The notes under the pieces: model-generated
What the model was told of the DNA's origin: nothing
The model's input: only the letters and a program-made list of their open reading frames with translations
Databases searched by the model: none
Shown here: piece by piece, positions 41,022 through 56,354 of the stretch
Layout: each line of letters opens with the position of its first letter
How positions within the stretch are numbered: position 1 is the stretch's first letter
Program-made: the position numbers and the translations under genes
Assembly: GCA_964016885.1 (NCBI GenBank)
Contig: OZ024740.1
Span: forward strand, 69,812,001-69,876,000
Length of the DNA: 64,000 nt
DNA from: Eledone cirrhosa
Lineage: Eukaryota
Reading direction: 5' to 3'

Positions 41022-41867
41022 AAATAGTCAGGACCCCGACGGCAGAGCTCAAACTGGACCAGAAATAGCTGTCGAAACGGCTTGAGCTCTGCTGTCGGGG
41101 TCCTGACTCTTTTCCTATTACCCACTCTACTACCCAAAATATCGAGTACTCTGGTGCGTTATGGTCCACCTGGTTCCTTATCACACTTCCTTCGTTATAT
41201 ATATATATATCAAGAAAACAAGAAAAGAAGAAATAAGAAGTCGTATTAGCATTACGCTTCACAGAAAGAGAGTGGGTTACAGTCAACGTATCGGGCATTT
41301 GCCCATCATTAGGAAAAACAATAAAGGAAATGCGCAAAGTAAATAAAGAATTTTAAAAAATGTTTTAAATAAAATTAGAAATAAAGCAAGAAGAGTGGTG
41401 AAGTGGGGGAGTGGTTCAGTGTGAGATTGGGGTGTCGAGGGGAGGGGCTCAGGTGAGTAGTTGGTGGTTGTATGTAGGTGGGGTGCATATTATGATGCAT
41501 GAGTGCGCGTGTGGGTATTAAGTGGGTTGTTGGTGGAAGTGGTGTATGTATGTGAATTTGCACACACATGCGTCCGCAAGTGCAAGCACCAACATGTGTA
41601 CACACTCATAAAATCGTATCACCGTATAAGCACTTGTGCATGAGGGTGCGCGTGTGTATGTTTGTATATGTGTTTGGCATTGATGTATGTTTATTGGTGT
41701 GAAGTGTGTTTGCATGTATTAGTGTATGCGTGTGTGTGTGTGTGTGTGTATGTTTTTAATAACGGAAAGGTTGGGTGGGTTTTCGTTACACATACACACA
41801 CCTGAGGCAATCCACAGGCATGGCTTTGGCAGTGATGGCTAACATGATCTAAAGAAGTTTAAAAAAG

Positions 41868-41920
<53 letters not shown>

Positions 41921-43314
41921 ACGTATGCATATATATACTTAATCTTGTACACACTCTAGTACAGCAGACTCTTTAAAATCTCTTCCGCCATTGCTGGACA
42001 GAGGACCTCATACTCGATAGCTTTATCTCTAGCTATTCAAAATTACAGATAGGAAATGTCTGTATTCTTTCATAACATTTTTTTACTGTTACTGTACAGC
42101 CAACACAAGTAAACATATACTTACAGGTGAAGTGGACTTAGTTTAACACGTGTTCTTTTGTACTGCTATTTATATATGTATGTACCCATATTTATTTATA
42201 AACATTTACTTCTGTTCACACCCCAATATGTGTGTGGGAGATATAAGGAGACGGTTAACTTAGCCTGTGGACAGACATGCTTGTCAATATATTGCTTCTT
42301 TCCGAATGAATGCTTTTTAAGTGTATTCAACTTGCTGTACGCTTGTAAAGTAGTTTAAGCGGGAAAATATAAATGAGTCTAAGTGACACATATCTACTGA
42401 GAAAGATAATGAAGGCTGCCGTTTCTCTAGTTTGCTGTCTAAGGACAAATGACACTTGTAGGCATTGAGAGAGGGTAGGGGGGAAAAAGTGATAAGATAA
42501 GGGAGAAGCAAGAAGGGACACAGCGTGTGGAGGGGGGGGGGAGTTAGAGAGAAAGGAGTAAAATCAGATGTGTTGAGGGAGAGATGGTGAAAAAGATGGA
42601 AAAAATAGGGTCTGTTAGAGAGAGAGAGGTATGTATGAGATGAGATGTGGCAGAGAAGAGAAAGAGAGAGGGAAGAAAAAAGAAAGTCTGAACGGGAGAG
42701 AGATGTGACAATGAGAATGGGATAGGGTGAGTGAGAGAAAAGAACGAGAGGGGGAAGTGAGTAGGGTAAAAAGATAAAAAGCGAAGAAATGAGAGAGAGA
42801 GAGAGGGAATAAAATTTGAATTAGACTGCAGGTGGTGTAGGTGAATAACATATGTATGAAGTAGTCTAGTCACGTGATGGATAATGTTACTAAAGAGAGT
42901 TCCAGAAACACATTATTTCTCGTGAATCTCCCTTTCCCTGTTGGTGTTAACGTTAGTGCTAGTGGAAGCCTTCAGTTCATCACACGTTATTCCAGTGAGG
43001 AAACGAAACGCTCGAGTGACTTCGTTCTAGACAATGGGCAGGCAGCCTACCTAGATACGCAGGATGGGTGGATGGTATGGCATGATGATGAATGAAAGGG
43101 TTGCCTGGCAGACTGGATAGATGATAAAAATAAATGGATAGATAGAAAGATGTTTGTATGGATGAAGATTTCAATGACAGAGACACGAAAACACCCATAC
43201 ACAAACATGCACACATATATATGCACATATTCACAACAATCCCCCACCCTCTTTCTCTCTCTCTCGCTCGCACACACACACACACACACATGCACACACA
43301 CACACGTACATCTT

Positions 43315-43384
<70 letters not shown>

Positions 43385-43620
43385 GCAATCGAAAGGTTGT
43401 GAGTTCAATTCTCGGACTGGGTGATGTGTTGTTTCCTTGAGCAAGACACTTTATTTCACGTTGTTCCAGTTTACTCAGCTGTAGAAATGAGTACCGGCCT
43501 GCCCGCCCAGCCAGTGGGATGGCGTTATCTTATGGCTAAAACAGCACGACGTGCTGTGACCATGGCGCCGATCGGCGCCCGACAGACTGGTCGGTCAAGG
43601 TGATCAAGGTAATATATATT
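43385..43620 (+). mobile_element. Second SINE family (S2), tRNA-like B-box and conserved central domain
   Basis: gagttcaattctc B-box, ccttgagcaagacactt, actcagctgtagaaatgagtacc. A diverged - copy is near 17740-17980. Confidence 0.6.
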
Positions 43621-43844
43621 ATTCCAAGTAAAAAGTGATGGCTGATCAAGCAATCGACTGTTTTACAGTAATCAGACGTAATATTCATATAGTTTATATT
43701 TAAATTTACAGTTAACATGTATGCGCAAACTTCGTTTTCGCGGTCCAGTTATCGCCACCACTGTATAGTGAAGTTGTGTTTCTAAATCTAGCTTTCTTGT
43801 CAGGCACAATGACAAATTATAGGTATGTGTGTATGTATGTATGT

Positions 43845-44393
43845 CGGGTCACTCTTGAGTGCTCCTGGTAACATGTAACCCAATACAACCTGTCGCATGG
43901 TCGGGTCGTCGGCGACTAAACCGGCAACCCCACCAAGATTACTTGGTGAGGAGGGTGATTTTGGACACCCTGCAGGACAAAAACAAAATCTGACAAAGGG
44001 CGGAAGAACTCATAAGAGTCAACGGCCATCCCAAAGTGTGTAAATATGTATATATACACATGTACCGCGCGGTTAAAACACTGGGAGTGAAGGACCCCTT
44101 GCCTTTGACAGGACATTCTTCTAGGAGAAGGCAACTCAGACAACTGGGATAACTCCGATATAAAACCTATGGCTCAGTAGTTACCGATGATGTTGATCTT
44201 TTCTTCTTTTCGGGTTATAGCTACTGTCGCTCAGAGAGTGGGATTGGCTCAATGCACAGTCTTTTCTCACTTTCAAAAATATCTTCACGCACAGGCATTG
44301 CACGATAGAATTAATTAATCATTATTAATAATGGTATATCGTGCAATGGCCATACTCGATAACGAGGGGGCAGCCATCATGTATGTATGTATG
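43845..44393 (+). mobile_element. Non-autonomous retroelement ending in (TGTA)n, possibly RTE-derived
   Basis: Shares blocks with 45594-45880(+) and 62250-62760(-): cctgcaggac, agagtggga.tggct, ggcc.tactcga.aa.gag..ggcagcca.catgtatg. Confidence 0.6.
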
Positions 44394-45022
44394 TTCTTCT
44401 GGTTTTATAATTTCACAAATTTTTACCAATAGAGAGAGAGTCGGTTTCTAACATAGATACAAGACTCTCTCGTTGGAATTTATACATCAACTAGGTAGAT
44501 ATGCTTGTATGTCTGCATGTATGCATGCATGTGTGTGCAGGTATGGATGTTATTGTATGTGTGGATGTGGATCTTTTTATTTGTATGTGTGCATATGCAT
44601 ATGCTTTGTATCTGAACATGTGTATATTCAGTTATTAGATGCAGAATATTTAGAATGTTTTACATATTTTTACTGTTCCATCAATGGATTGTACTTGTAA
44701 CTAGTCGTATTATTTCTGTTTCTATGAAGTCCAGCTTCTCAAGATTTGTACTGAGGCAGTTACCACCATATCCCAGTGCCCCAATAATTACAGGCATAAA
44801 TCTGAAAATATAGTCAGGGTGGCGTGTCTGCAGATTTCTCATTAGTTCTGTATAGATATTCTCCTTCTCGCTGATCTTTAACATTATATTGGCATCTGCT
44901 GGGCAACTAACTTCCACTAGTGTGCATGCATTCTTTTCCCTGTCGCATATCATCATATCTGGTCTGTTATGTCTGCATCTTATTGGGGTTTTGACTGGAA
45001 CATTCCCCCAGTACTCTTTCAT
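44394..45022 (-). pseudogene. R4/Dong-type LINE 3' end with restriction-like endonuclease domain
   Basis: ORF 44681-45022 has HNRPDMMICD...VEVSCP...KENIY..L...PVIIGALG (PD..D-type RLE). A shorter tandem copy is at 45036-45505. Confidence 0.85.
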
Positions 45023-45035
45023 ATTAGTATGTATG

Positions 45036-45505
45036 TGCTTCTGGTTTTATAATTTCATAAATTGTTTGCCAATAGAGAGAGAGAATCGGTGTCTAACGTA
45101 GTTACAAGACTCTCTCATTGAAATTTAGACAACATCAACTAGGTAGATATGTATGCATGTCTGCATGCATGCATTTGTGTACAGGCATGGATGTTATTGC
45201 ATGTGCGGATGTGTATGTTTTGTGTTGTGTGTGCATGTGCATACGCTTTGTATCTGTACATGTGTATATGCAGTTATTAGATGCAACATTTTTGGAATGT
45301 TTTACATATTTTTACTATTCCATTAATTGATTGTACTTGTAAGTTCCTAACTAGTTGTGTTCTTTCTGTTTCTGTGAAGCCCAGCTTCTCAAGATTTGTA
45401 CTGAGGCAGTTACTAACATACCACAGTGCCCCAATAATCACAGGCATAAATCTGAAGGTATAGTTAGGCTGTAGTATCTGCGGATGTCTCATCAGTTCTA
45501 CATAA
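45036..45505 (-). mobile_element. Second, shorter R4/Dong 3'-end copy
   Basis: Direct repeat of about 44394-44855, including FMPVIIGAL; bounded by (TATG)n. Confidence 0.85.
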
Positions 45506-45593
45506 ATGTATGTATGTATGTGTATATGCATTTATGTATGTATGTATGTATGTATGTATGTATGTATGTATGTATGTATGTATGTATGTATGT

Positions 45594-45880
45594 GGGACTG
45601 GCTTTGTGCAGTGCCTTTGCTCACTATAAAAGCTTCGCAGCACAGGCATTGCTTTATATCTGGAGATCTCTCTGCACTTGTCGTCACATGTTACCATGGG
45701 CCCAGCACTATGTGTCAATAATTGTCACAAGTGTAGTGTTTGTACCAGAGTTTTCAAGTCGCTGGTTGGACTAAAATGTGACACTCGTTCAGCGCATCGG
45801 TAGGGGTTCTCTTACATGGATATAAAGTAGTGGCCGTACTCGAAAACGAGTTGGCAGCCACCATGTATGTATGTATGTAT
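45594..45880 (+). mobile_element. 3' part of the (TGTA)n-tailed element
   Basis: Near-identical reverse complement of 62270-62544. Confidence 0.75.
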
Positions 45881-46286
45881 AATACAGGCAAACATGTGTG
45901 TGGGTAATTCTCAGCGTATAGTGTATAGATACAAATAATTTCGTAATCTACATATTGTGACTGGGAAATACTCAAAGAAAATTCATAATGTCAAAACAAA
46001 AACCCCTTTAAAGGATCTTCAGATCATGAGAAGCAAGTAAATGAGAGAACATCTATGGCCTGCCATGATCCAAGTATTTTGAAAATGAGATAGTTCCTAC
46101 AGGAATGGAATGGTTTCAGCAATACCTAGCCAGACGTGTTGTCTATGTGGTTAGCGAAAAAAAACATTTGCTACAGTGTGAACCAAAACAATTCGTACAT
46201 TATCTGGTAGCATAAATGCTGCTTAACATCGCTGAAAAGAGTCAATGTATGTATGTATGTTTGTGTATATATATATATATATGTGC

Positions 46287-46335
<49 letters not shown>

Positions 46336-48155
46336 CGTGTGTATGTGTGCGTGTGTGTGTGTGTGTGTCAAGAAAGTATAATAGTCAGAAGAAATAACAA
46401 AACACTGTTTATGATTTACAATATATAATAAAACGTTTATAAGTTGAAATTAGCACTTTCGTCTTTCATTAGACATATCAAGTTGTAGATTTAGTTGTTA
46501 TTAAAAGAGAAGTCAAACTGTAAGTTCCCTATGTGTATTTCAGCATCTTTTTAAATAGAGTTGTTATAAAAAAAGCTGTTGGAAAAAAAAGAGTTCTCTA
46601 TTTGTAATTGGTACTTTGGATCACTGCTATCTGGTTTTAATTATATGTGTGTAAATTATGACACTCCAATTCCTTCCATAGTGGTCGTTAGGCTATGGCG
46701 GGATATAAACCCAGAATACAATGAGTCAGAACAAACACCGCAAGGCATAACACCTAGAATTCTAATGATCTCACCAATTCACTGCTCTAGACAAGCACTT
46801 ATGTGTTATGCGAAATGATGAAAAGCATCGTTGACCCCAGATGAATTTGAGTTCAAAATACAAGAGCCTGATCAATTTAAAAAGATAAAATGTTAAATTA
46901 TTTTTCAGGCTTAGAAGCTGATCAGGCTGAAGCATATCCCAGTTTTAGTGGCAATGAGTGACTGAGAGTATATGAGACCTCCCCAGTTCTGACGAGATGC
47001 CAGACCTTCGCAGAATTAACCACTAGCTGCACGGGTGCTAATTTTTCCCCAACTGAATGGACAATAGCAACTTGAAATACTGTGCCTTCTCAAGATACAA
47101 TGCATTAGCTATCCCATGACTCAAACCTTATAATTGAGAGCCTAACATACCAACCACTAGGCTGTGTGCTTTCACACATTAAAAAATGCAAAGCATTTCG
47201 TTTTTACTCTAACGATTTTGCCAATTTGACGCCCATCATGACTACTGAAACAATATTGATTCCTAATATTGACACAAGGCCTACTGAAATATTATAATAG
47301 TTCGCCCTAATGTATGTATGTACCCGCAATTCTCTATTAGCAACGTTAATGGTTTCCAGATGCCGATTATTTCCTAACATATTTTGCAAACAGTGCATGG
47401 TGACCCAAATCGTACACGCTACTGAAACCATGCTGTTTGATTATTTGCTCTTCCAATGAATTGCATAGGAAATATGAGAAGTTATTTTCTACTGCATGGG
47501 GAAAGAAAAATTCTCTGGTACTCCACTTTACTTTGTCAATGCCGTCTCACTTACAGAAAATATTCTAGATCCTCATAACAATACCAATAGTGTACCAGAG
47601 TCACAGAATTTAACTGGCTCTGGCTAGCTGTACATAGCACAGTGGTGAAAGTGCTAAAAGAATATCCTCCTACTTTTGATGAGGAGAGAGAATATACTTA
47701 TTTGTAACACTGGTAGTTAAACTGAAAAATATTCTTTTGTCTCCTATTGATATTTTAGAGGTAGTAACATTTGTTTGATAGGAAATGTGTACAGAGTACG
47801 TTTACGTGTTTGTACACAAACAAACCGACACACGTATATAACACACGCGCGCACATACAAACACGCACTCACACAAACACGTGCACACATGTAGAGCACA
47901 GTTTTAGTGCATATGTGTGGAGCCGATGCCGTTCAGCTTATTTTTAAAACAATACATTTAAGACATTTAAACTTGTACACTCGGAGTTAGTTTTAATTTT
48001 AATTTTATTTAACTTGTTATTGTAATTTGGGTGATGCATTATTTGTCTAGTTTCGTTATATTGAGAAGGGCTGAGTAAAGAAAATTTAAATATATTTCAT
48101 CATGTCTCTATAGTGTGTGGAGGCAGGTCCTGTCGGAAATTTCTCTAACGCGAAG

Positions 48156-48345
48156 GACCTGCCAACCTCTAAAAACCCAAATGGCGAGTACCATGGAAAC
48201 ATATGCCCCAAAAGGGGGAGAAATGAGGCAAAATGTGGAGATTTTACATAATGAAAGCTATACCCATTTTAACAAAAAGGGGGAGACGGGGAGAAATGAG
48301 CCAGAGTGGGGAGATCTCCCCGTCGCACGGGAGAGCTAGCAGGTC
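48156..48345. mobile_element. Possible hAT-like MITE
   Basis: Imperfect TIRs gacctgccaacctc / gagctagcaggtc; no clear TSD. Confidence 0.4.
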
Positions 48346-48774
48346 TGTTTCTGTTATGATTAAATTTGAATTTTAGTTTTATTTAACTGGGTAATTTCCT
48401 TTCGTTTGCTGTGTTTTGACTAGTTAGTCTTATTATTGGACAGGATGTTGTATCATTCTAGATGGTAAGATAAAGCATTAAGTACAATACAGGGTCTATA
48501 GCACTAATTTATCTGGTAGCCACAATATTGAGGATGATTATAACCTCACGAAAATACTCCTCATAGTACCAGATAGTTAAGTGGATAATTGTATTTTGTG
48601 TGGTGTGTTTTTTTGGCTAATGGAGCAAATGGAGTATATTTCCCTTATAGGGTTTTAAAACTAATTATGAATAAATTAGAACTATGAGAACGGTATGAAA
48701 TATCTAGTTGAAAGGAATGACGGAAATTAAGGCTCCAGGATATATCGATGCAACAAAGATGCAAATATACTTTT

Positions 48775-48822
48775 AAGGACATTATTTATTGTTTCCTCGC
48801 CTAGGTCACGACTCGTCAGCTG
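48775..48822 (-). ncRNA. Candidate hammerhead, intact core but weak stems I and III
   Basis: ag-CTGACGA-g tcgt..gcga g-GAAA-ca..tg-TC-ct. Confidence 0.4.
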
Positions 48823-49122
48823 AGACAATGAGTCAGAAGCTAATGATAACGTTGTATATACTCGATACGTTGAGTGGTGATATATAGTTAATAGAAAGAA
48901 CAATAGAGACAAAACGAATACTATTAAATATACATGTAAGCGACAATTTTGTTCCGTTAATAAGTACCAGAGTGTTGGCGCAAGTGGAATATAAAATTTG
49001 AGTAAATATATTTGCTGATGTGCCTAGAGGATTTGTTGACTGCCTATCTAATGGTATATAGATGTGTGTTAGAGTTACATATTTATACGCATTATCATTT
49101 TGTCTGTCACTACATCCCTCTC

Positions 49123-49245
<123 letters not shown>

Positions 49246-49252
49246 ATATATA

Positions 49253-49311
<59 letters not shown>

Positions 49312-50441
49312 CTCTCTCTATCTATCTATATATCTATCTCTCTCTCTATATATATATATAAACACCTTTCCCTTTCTCTCTCCCTTTCTTTCTTTTCAGC
49401 CTCCCATTATATATATGTAGAACTGTACCTGAGCCGCGGTTTTGTGCGTGTATGTGTGTGAGTGTACATGTGGTTGTGTGTGACTCTGTGTGTGAGTATT
49501 ATGAGTGCTTTTATGGGGTGAGTGCGAGGTCAAACAGCAGCCGAGTATCTGAACAGAATCAATGGGAGCTTAGCCACCAAGGTGTTAAGCATGTCAATAC
49601 CATTATTAAATGCTTAGATTTATGCCTTATAAGAAATTTATGCATCAGTGCAGAAATTTGATGAGGATTCTGAATATGATGTAAGGAATTAAGGACGTAT
49701 TGTAACCATCACAAATTATTAAATTTAACTGCGTGAGATGCTGGAGACGTTGAGAGGTTCATCTTCTACAATACAGCATCCCTTAATTAGCCAGGTACAG
49801 TAGATTCTACAATTATATATATATATGGAGCGCTCGCCACACATCTCGGAAGTTGTTTTTCGCTAATTTCCAATAGCCGAAATACGATTCTCGCTAATTT
49901 ATATTTATAAATATATATATATATATATTTATCATGATGATTAGTGGAAATTAAAATATTTCCTTTCGCTAGCATTTTGAATGACCCGCCTAAAACCGGT
50001 GGTTAATTCCCTTGCCGGAATCAACACGTGATAACTATAGATGCGATTAGCAGCCATATCGAGCAGCAACATATAATTTATCACTCCGGTCCTAGACAGA
50101 ACGAAAACCTGTTGATAAACTGAATCCTCCGTTCGATCACCAAACCATGAGCTTGCCATTCACGTAGGTCTGATATTTGATTTCGGATTCAAAGAAACAC
50201 TTTAAACGATTTTCGTTTGATTTGTCCAGGTGTACTTTTCTCAACCTGATTAGTTCTATCGTTACTTTGGTATGTATTGTGTGTTAGTTTCGCCTACCAC
50301 AATGTTCGATTTGTCAAGCTATTTAAACGTATGTTATTACTCTGAGGTCCTATCTTATCGAGTGCTTTGCTAACTCATCATTTCATATAAGTAGGCCGAA
50401 TTTACATGCAAACCGCCAGAGATTCGATTTTATTGATTTCC

Positions 50442-50517
<76 letters not shown>

Positions 50518-50564
50518 TATACATATACATATATATATATATATATATAATATATACATATGTA

Positions 50565-50648
<84 letters not shown>

Positions 50649-50678
50649 AAATGGAAACTATATTTATAAAACCATATT

Positions 50679-50744
50679 TATTTTATTATATATATTTCAA
50701 GGGCAACCAAGGCACATTATGGTGCGCTTTCATCAGATAAAATA
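50679..50744 (-). ncRNA. Type I hammerhead ribozyme
   Basis: tattttat-CTGATGA-aag..ctt-GAAA-tatata-TA-ataaaata; 8-bp stem I; the unit is flanked by (TA)n. Confidence 0.85.
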
Positions 50745-50905
50745 CAGATTTGTTTTATAAATAAATATTGACATACGCGGAAAAAAGACAACCTTAACGG
50801 TTGGAGCTTCCTGTGTATTTACTCCACTAACTGTTGAGTGATTTATATCAGTTATAAACATTTTTAAGCTTGTTGAATCCCAACAAATTAAATATAACCT
50901 CTGCA

Positions 50906-50965
<60 letters not shown>

Positions 50966-50970
<5 letters not shown>

Positions 50971-51218
50971 ATTAGGATTGGTGCTCTGTAATAGCGATCT
51001 ATACATGAATATATGTATAGTATATTTGGCAATATACTGTATGCTTAATTAAAAACATTTTGAAGACCTTGCGCTGTTATTTTAAAGTAGTGACTATGTC
51101 ACTTACTTCTTTTTTCAACAAACAAAGGCAGATAAGCTGACAGATCTGTTTCACACTGTTGGTGATCATCAGAGTTTAGCACTCGCCGATGTTTGTTGAA
51201 AATTATAGATGCTGGATG
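50966..51218 (-). mobile_element. Retrozyme-like family A copy; HHR at 51112-51202
   Basis: ct-CTGATGA-t cac caaca gtg t-GAAA-cagatctg-TC-ag. Stem I extension ttttcaacaaaca/tgtttgttgaaaa. Confidence 0.85.
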
Positions 51219-51532
51219 TCTCTGTGTGGGTGGGTGTTTGTGTGAAATTTCAAATTTAATCCCATGGTGATAAACATTAACACGACTTGATTATTATAAA
51301 TTGTTATTGAAAGAATTGAGTAACGTAAACCTACATCTATTATATACCTGACGAACGCGCGACACATTATGCTAAAGATCAGTAGCCCCCAATTCCCCTC
51401 TTTAAATGATTTTTAGTATGTTGCTAGAAATACGAATATCCGTTTGGTTAATGAAGTTTGGAAAAAATTGAAATTTGATATGTAGTCGTCTCAGTGTAAA
51501 TAAATATAACTGTCGATCATCATAACTAAAAG

Positions 51533-51725
51533 GGGCGGTGGATTGGCGGTATCGTTAGAGGGTCGGATGCCATGCTTTGCAGCATAGAGTTGCCGCCCTT
51601 TATGATCTGAGTTCAAATCCCGCTGAGGTTAATTTTGCCTTTCATCCTTACGAGGTCGATAAAATAAAGTACCAGTAATACACTGGGATAATTGCTAGCC
51701 TTGTGCCAAAAGTAGTAACAATTAT
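51533..51725 (+). mobile_element. Full-length SINE S1
   Basis: ggcggtggattggcggtatcg...gagttcaaatccc...gcctttcatcc...agtagtaacaatta. Confidence 0.88.
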
Positions 51726-51816
51726 AACTAATAGGCGGGGACGGTTGGTGTAATACTGAGCGCACTCGACTGACATCGGACACGCATGCACACACATACA
51801 CACACATACAAATATA

Positions 51817-51859
<43 letters not shown>

Positions 51860-51861
51860 TA

Positions 51862-52148
51862 GGTTTAGTGCTCTGAAATAGCGATGTATACATGAATGTA
51901 TGTATAGTATATTTGGCAATATACCATATGTTTAATTTAAAAAAAATCATTTAGAAGACCATGCGCTAAGAGTTTTAAAGTAGTGACTATGACACTTACT
52001 TCTTTTCGGCGAAAGAATGGAGAGAAGCTGACAGACTGTTTCACGTTGGTTGGCGTTCATCAGAGCCACGTACTCCCCTGCTTCCGCCGAAAATTATAGA
52101 AGCTGGATTCGAATAGAATTCCAGTAATAATCAGAAGCTGATTATACA
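51862..52148 (-). mobile_element. Retrozyme-like family A copy; HHR at 52003-52092
   Basis: gct-CTGATGA-acg ccaaccaa cgt-GAAA-cagtctg-TC-agc. Stem I extension ttttcggcggaag/ctttcgccgaaaa. Confidence 0.87.
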
Positions 52149-52151
52149 CCT

Positions 52152-52249
<98 letters not shown>

Positions 52250-52369
52250 AAATGAGGATTTTTTATAGACAAAAAACAAAAGAAAAAATAAGATATCCTA
52301 TACGGGTGAAAGTATAAGGAAAAGTGATTGAAAATACAAATATTCTTTTTAAGAATATTTATTTATTTC

Positions 52370-52405
52370 CTTTACCGGTTTCACAGTTCTTATGCTTTTC
52401 AAAAG
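52370..52405 (-). ncRNA. Minimal hammerhead with U3-A8 core variant
   Basis: ctt-TTGAAAA-gca taagaac tgt-GAAA-ccgg-TA-aag; sister of 21486-21521. Confidence 0.76.
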
Positions 52406-52438
52406 TAAAATTCAATAAAGGGTTTATGGTTTCTCTCG

Positions 52439-52567
<129 letters not shown>

Positions 52568-52761
52568 AATCCAGACCGTGACGGCCAAGCTGCTTAAGCA
52601 AGCCTTTGAAAAGAGGTGGCTGAATACACAATCCGAAAATACTTGGCGCCGCGGTCGGGATTTTTCTTATCTCTATACCCACTCTACAACTCGCATTGTA
52701 TCGAGTACTCACATTATTAGTAGTTTCGTCGGTCTCAACACCGTAGACCCTCTCTCTCTCA

Positions 52762-52822
<61 letters not shown>

Positions 52823-53016
52823 GATAAATCTACCAAGAGTTTACGGTAGTGTCCAATCCGTATGAAGAACTCAATGTATTCCGGATATCATGGAAAGAAG
52901 AGATGTAATGAAAAATCACTTTCGGTGAAAGATAAACGGTATACAGAGTCAAGATAAAATATTAAACAAATAATGAATAAAACAATGAAACAGTTCCTTA
53001 TATTAAACAAAAAAAG

Positions 53017-53171
53017 TTCATTATTTAACGATCGTTTCTAGGATATATATGTGTTAGAATTGGCATGCATATTCAACAGATCTATGTACAAAATTATACA
53101 AAATTATACAAACTATCAAGATTAAATATACATACCAAACACACATATACGCCGTCTTCAGAAATAATGAA
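53017..53171 (-). ncRNA. Hammerhead with 116-nt stem II (PLE family 2 pLTR)
   Basis: Inverse of 60533-60687; same strand as the ORF. Confidence 0.8.
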
Positions 53172-53857
53172 ATATATTTATTGATAATAACAACAATTCA
53201 AAATTTCAGGTCCGTTTGGGAACAAAATTGACCAATGAAAATACAAAAGGTTTTATGCAGTTTGGCGTGTGTATATACATGTAACTAAAAATTGACCAAT
53301 GAAAATACAAAAGGTTTTATGCAGTTTGGCGTGTGTATATACATGTAACTACCCCGTACACATATTTATACAAAGATGTATGCTCAACATGCATACGCAT
53401 GCCAAAAAGATGCATGCAAATACAAAATTTCAAGGTTAATGTCTCTGTAAGTTTATAATGCACAGATAAGATGCGTATAGACACATAAATATGAAATAAG
53501 TGTATACACATATTCTCATACTCACACATATCCGTACACTCACACACACGCGCGCGTATATGCATAAGCATACACATAATTACGAACATACATATACACA
53601 CACACCCCCACACACATATATATATGTGGATATAATATTATCATAAGCACATGGATATTAATTCACTCACATAAACACTGCCACACACATTTAGATCAAG
53701 ATACAGAAATTAGGTGGGAGGGGGGGGAGAGGTCAGTATTCAACGGTTTGGGCAGACTGCTTATTTATAGATGTATCTATAAACTAAGAAATAAAAAATA
53801 AAAATTAAAAAGGAAAGAAAAGAAAAAGAAAAAAGAAAAAAGAAATATATCAAGAAA

Positions 53858-53928
<71 letters not shown>

Positions 53929-54014
53929 CATATACACACATCTACACTTAGAACACACATACACACACATATATAAACATATACATATACACATACACAC
54001 ATATACACACATAC

Positions 54015-54055
<41 letters not shown>

Positions 54056-54572
54056 TACACATATAATCACACATACATATATAGACACACATATATATAC
54101 ACATACACGCACATATACATACACATACATACTTATATACATACAGATATACACATACATACCTATATATACACACAAATACATACAGACATACATACAT
54201 ACACACAAATACTTACGCATCCATATATCGGTATATACATACAAACACCACTACACTCTCACACAACTCAGACATACAAAGAAAAAGGTATATACCTATA
54301 CACATATACACATACAAATAGAGATACATATACATATATATATATATATATATACACATATATATATATATATACATACACATATACACACATATATATA
54401 CACATACACATACATACATGTACTCACACATACATATACATACATACACACATACACACATACATATATAGTCATACACACACATACACCTACACGAACA
54501 TACCCATACACATATATAAAGATATATATACACACACACACACATACACACACACACACATATATAAAATAA

Positions 54573-54625
<53 letters not shown>

Positions 54626-55054
54626 CACATATACATAGACATATATGTACATACATACACATACATACATACATATACACACATACATATATATATATAC
54701 ACACATAGACACATATATACATACACACACAACATACATACACACACATATTTACTCATACATAGACATAGATATATATTCATACATACATACGCACTTA
54801 CATATACTCATATATACAAATACATACGCATCCATATATGCGTATATACATACAAACACCACTATACTCTCACACAACTCAGACATACAAAGAAAAAGGT
54901 ATATACATATACATATATACACACATTAATAGAGATACATATACACATATATATATACATACACATACATTTATATATATACACCCACTCACACATACAA
55001 CCATAAACACACATACAAACACACACATACACACATATATACATACATATATAT

Positions 55055-55086
<32 letters not shown>

Positions 55087-55258
55087 CACACATACACATA
55101 TATATTTTTTTACACATATATATACATATATATACATATACACACCCTCACATATACACACATACACATAAGTTATATTATAATAATAAATAATATACAT
55201 ATATATATATATATACACATACGAATATAGACATATATACACACATAGATATACATAC

Positions 55259-55292
<34 letters not shown>

Positions 55293-56283
55293 TCACATAT
55301 ATATGCGCGCACACGTAGATATATACACATACACACATATACACATAAACATATACATGTGCATACATGTACATACACACATATAGCCACATAGATACGA
55401 AGATAGACATATATATAGAGAGACATACATATATATACACATATATATATACACATACATACACACATATATATATATATATATACACACACACATACAC
55501 GCCCACACACATATACACATATACACATATATATATATATACATATACACATATATATACACATGCATATACACACATATATATATACATACACACATAT
55601 ATATACACACAATCTTACATTCTTATTTGCATGCGCATATATGTATTTTTATATTCAGATATAAATACCCAAACATATATACACCTACCTACATATATAT
55701 TCATACATACACGCTTACAAACACAGATGATAATAGTATGGGGGAAGGGGGGGGGGAGAAGGGGATTATAGTAAATATATGTTTCAAGAAACATAGAATA
55801 TTATCTGTATCTGGATCCCAATATATGTTTTTACATAGTTTCAGTGTTAGGCAATACAAGAAATAAGGCAAAATTATGCATTTCAAAATAAGTATACCAT
55901 TAATTATATGTTACCTAAACTAAAGATAGTTAACATATTGATTTCTAAGGTGTAAATTAGTTAGGTTTATAATATTTGAAGCAGAATTTTGAAGTTAAAT
56001 AGTAGTAGAGTATTAATTATAGTATAACTAAATTAAAGTTATTAACGTTATGGTATCAATATTAGGAAATGAATTTAGTAATAGGGAAAAAACAAATAAA
56101 GTATTACATCGGTAGTAGAATATAAATTATAGGTTAACTAAATTAAAAATTATATATTAATTTCTATAGTATATGTTAATTAGGTATATAATAAATAAAA
56201 CAGATATTGTATTTTATCAATAGCAGAATATAATTATATGCAAATAGAAATCAAAATTAATACATATACATATACATATACAT

Positions 56284-56354
<71 letters not shown>

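Noticed and set aside
43845-43930. Possible HDV-like ribozyme at the 5' end of the (TGTA)n-tailed element (tcg-tcgg-cga-ctaa)
   Set aside because: I could not assemble consistent P1, P3 and P1.1 pairings by hand.
50340-50410. Hairpin ggtcctatcttat/ataagtaggcc-gaa
   Set aside because: Core residues are missing on both sides.
51533-51625. tRNA gene
   Set aside because: Only the A and B boxes of a SINE head; no cloverleaf.
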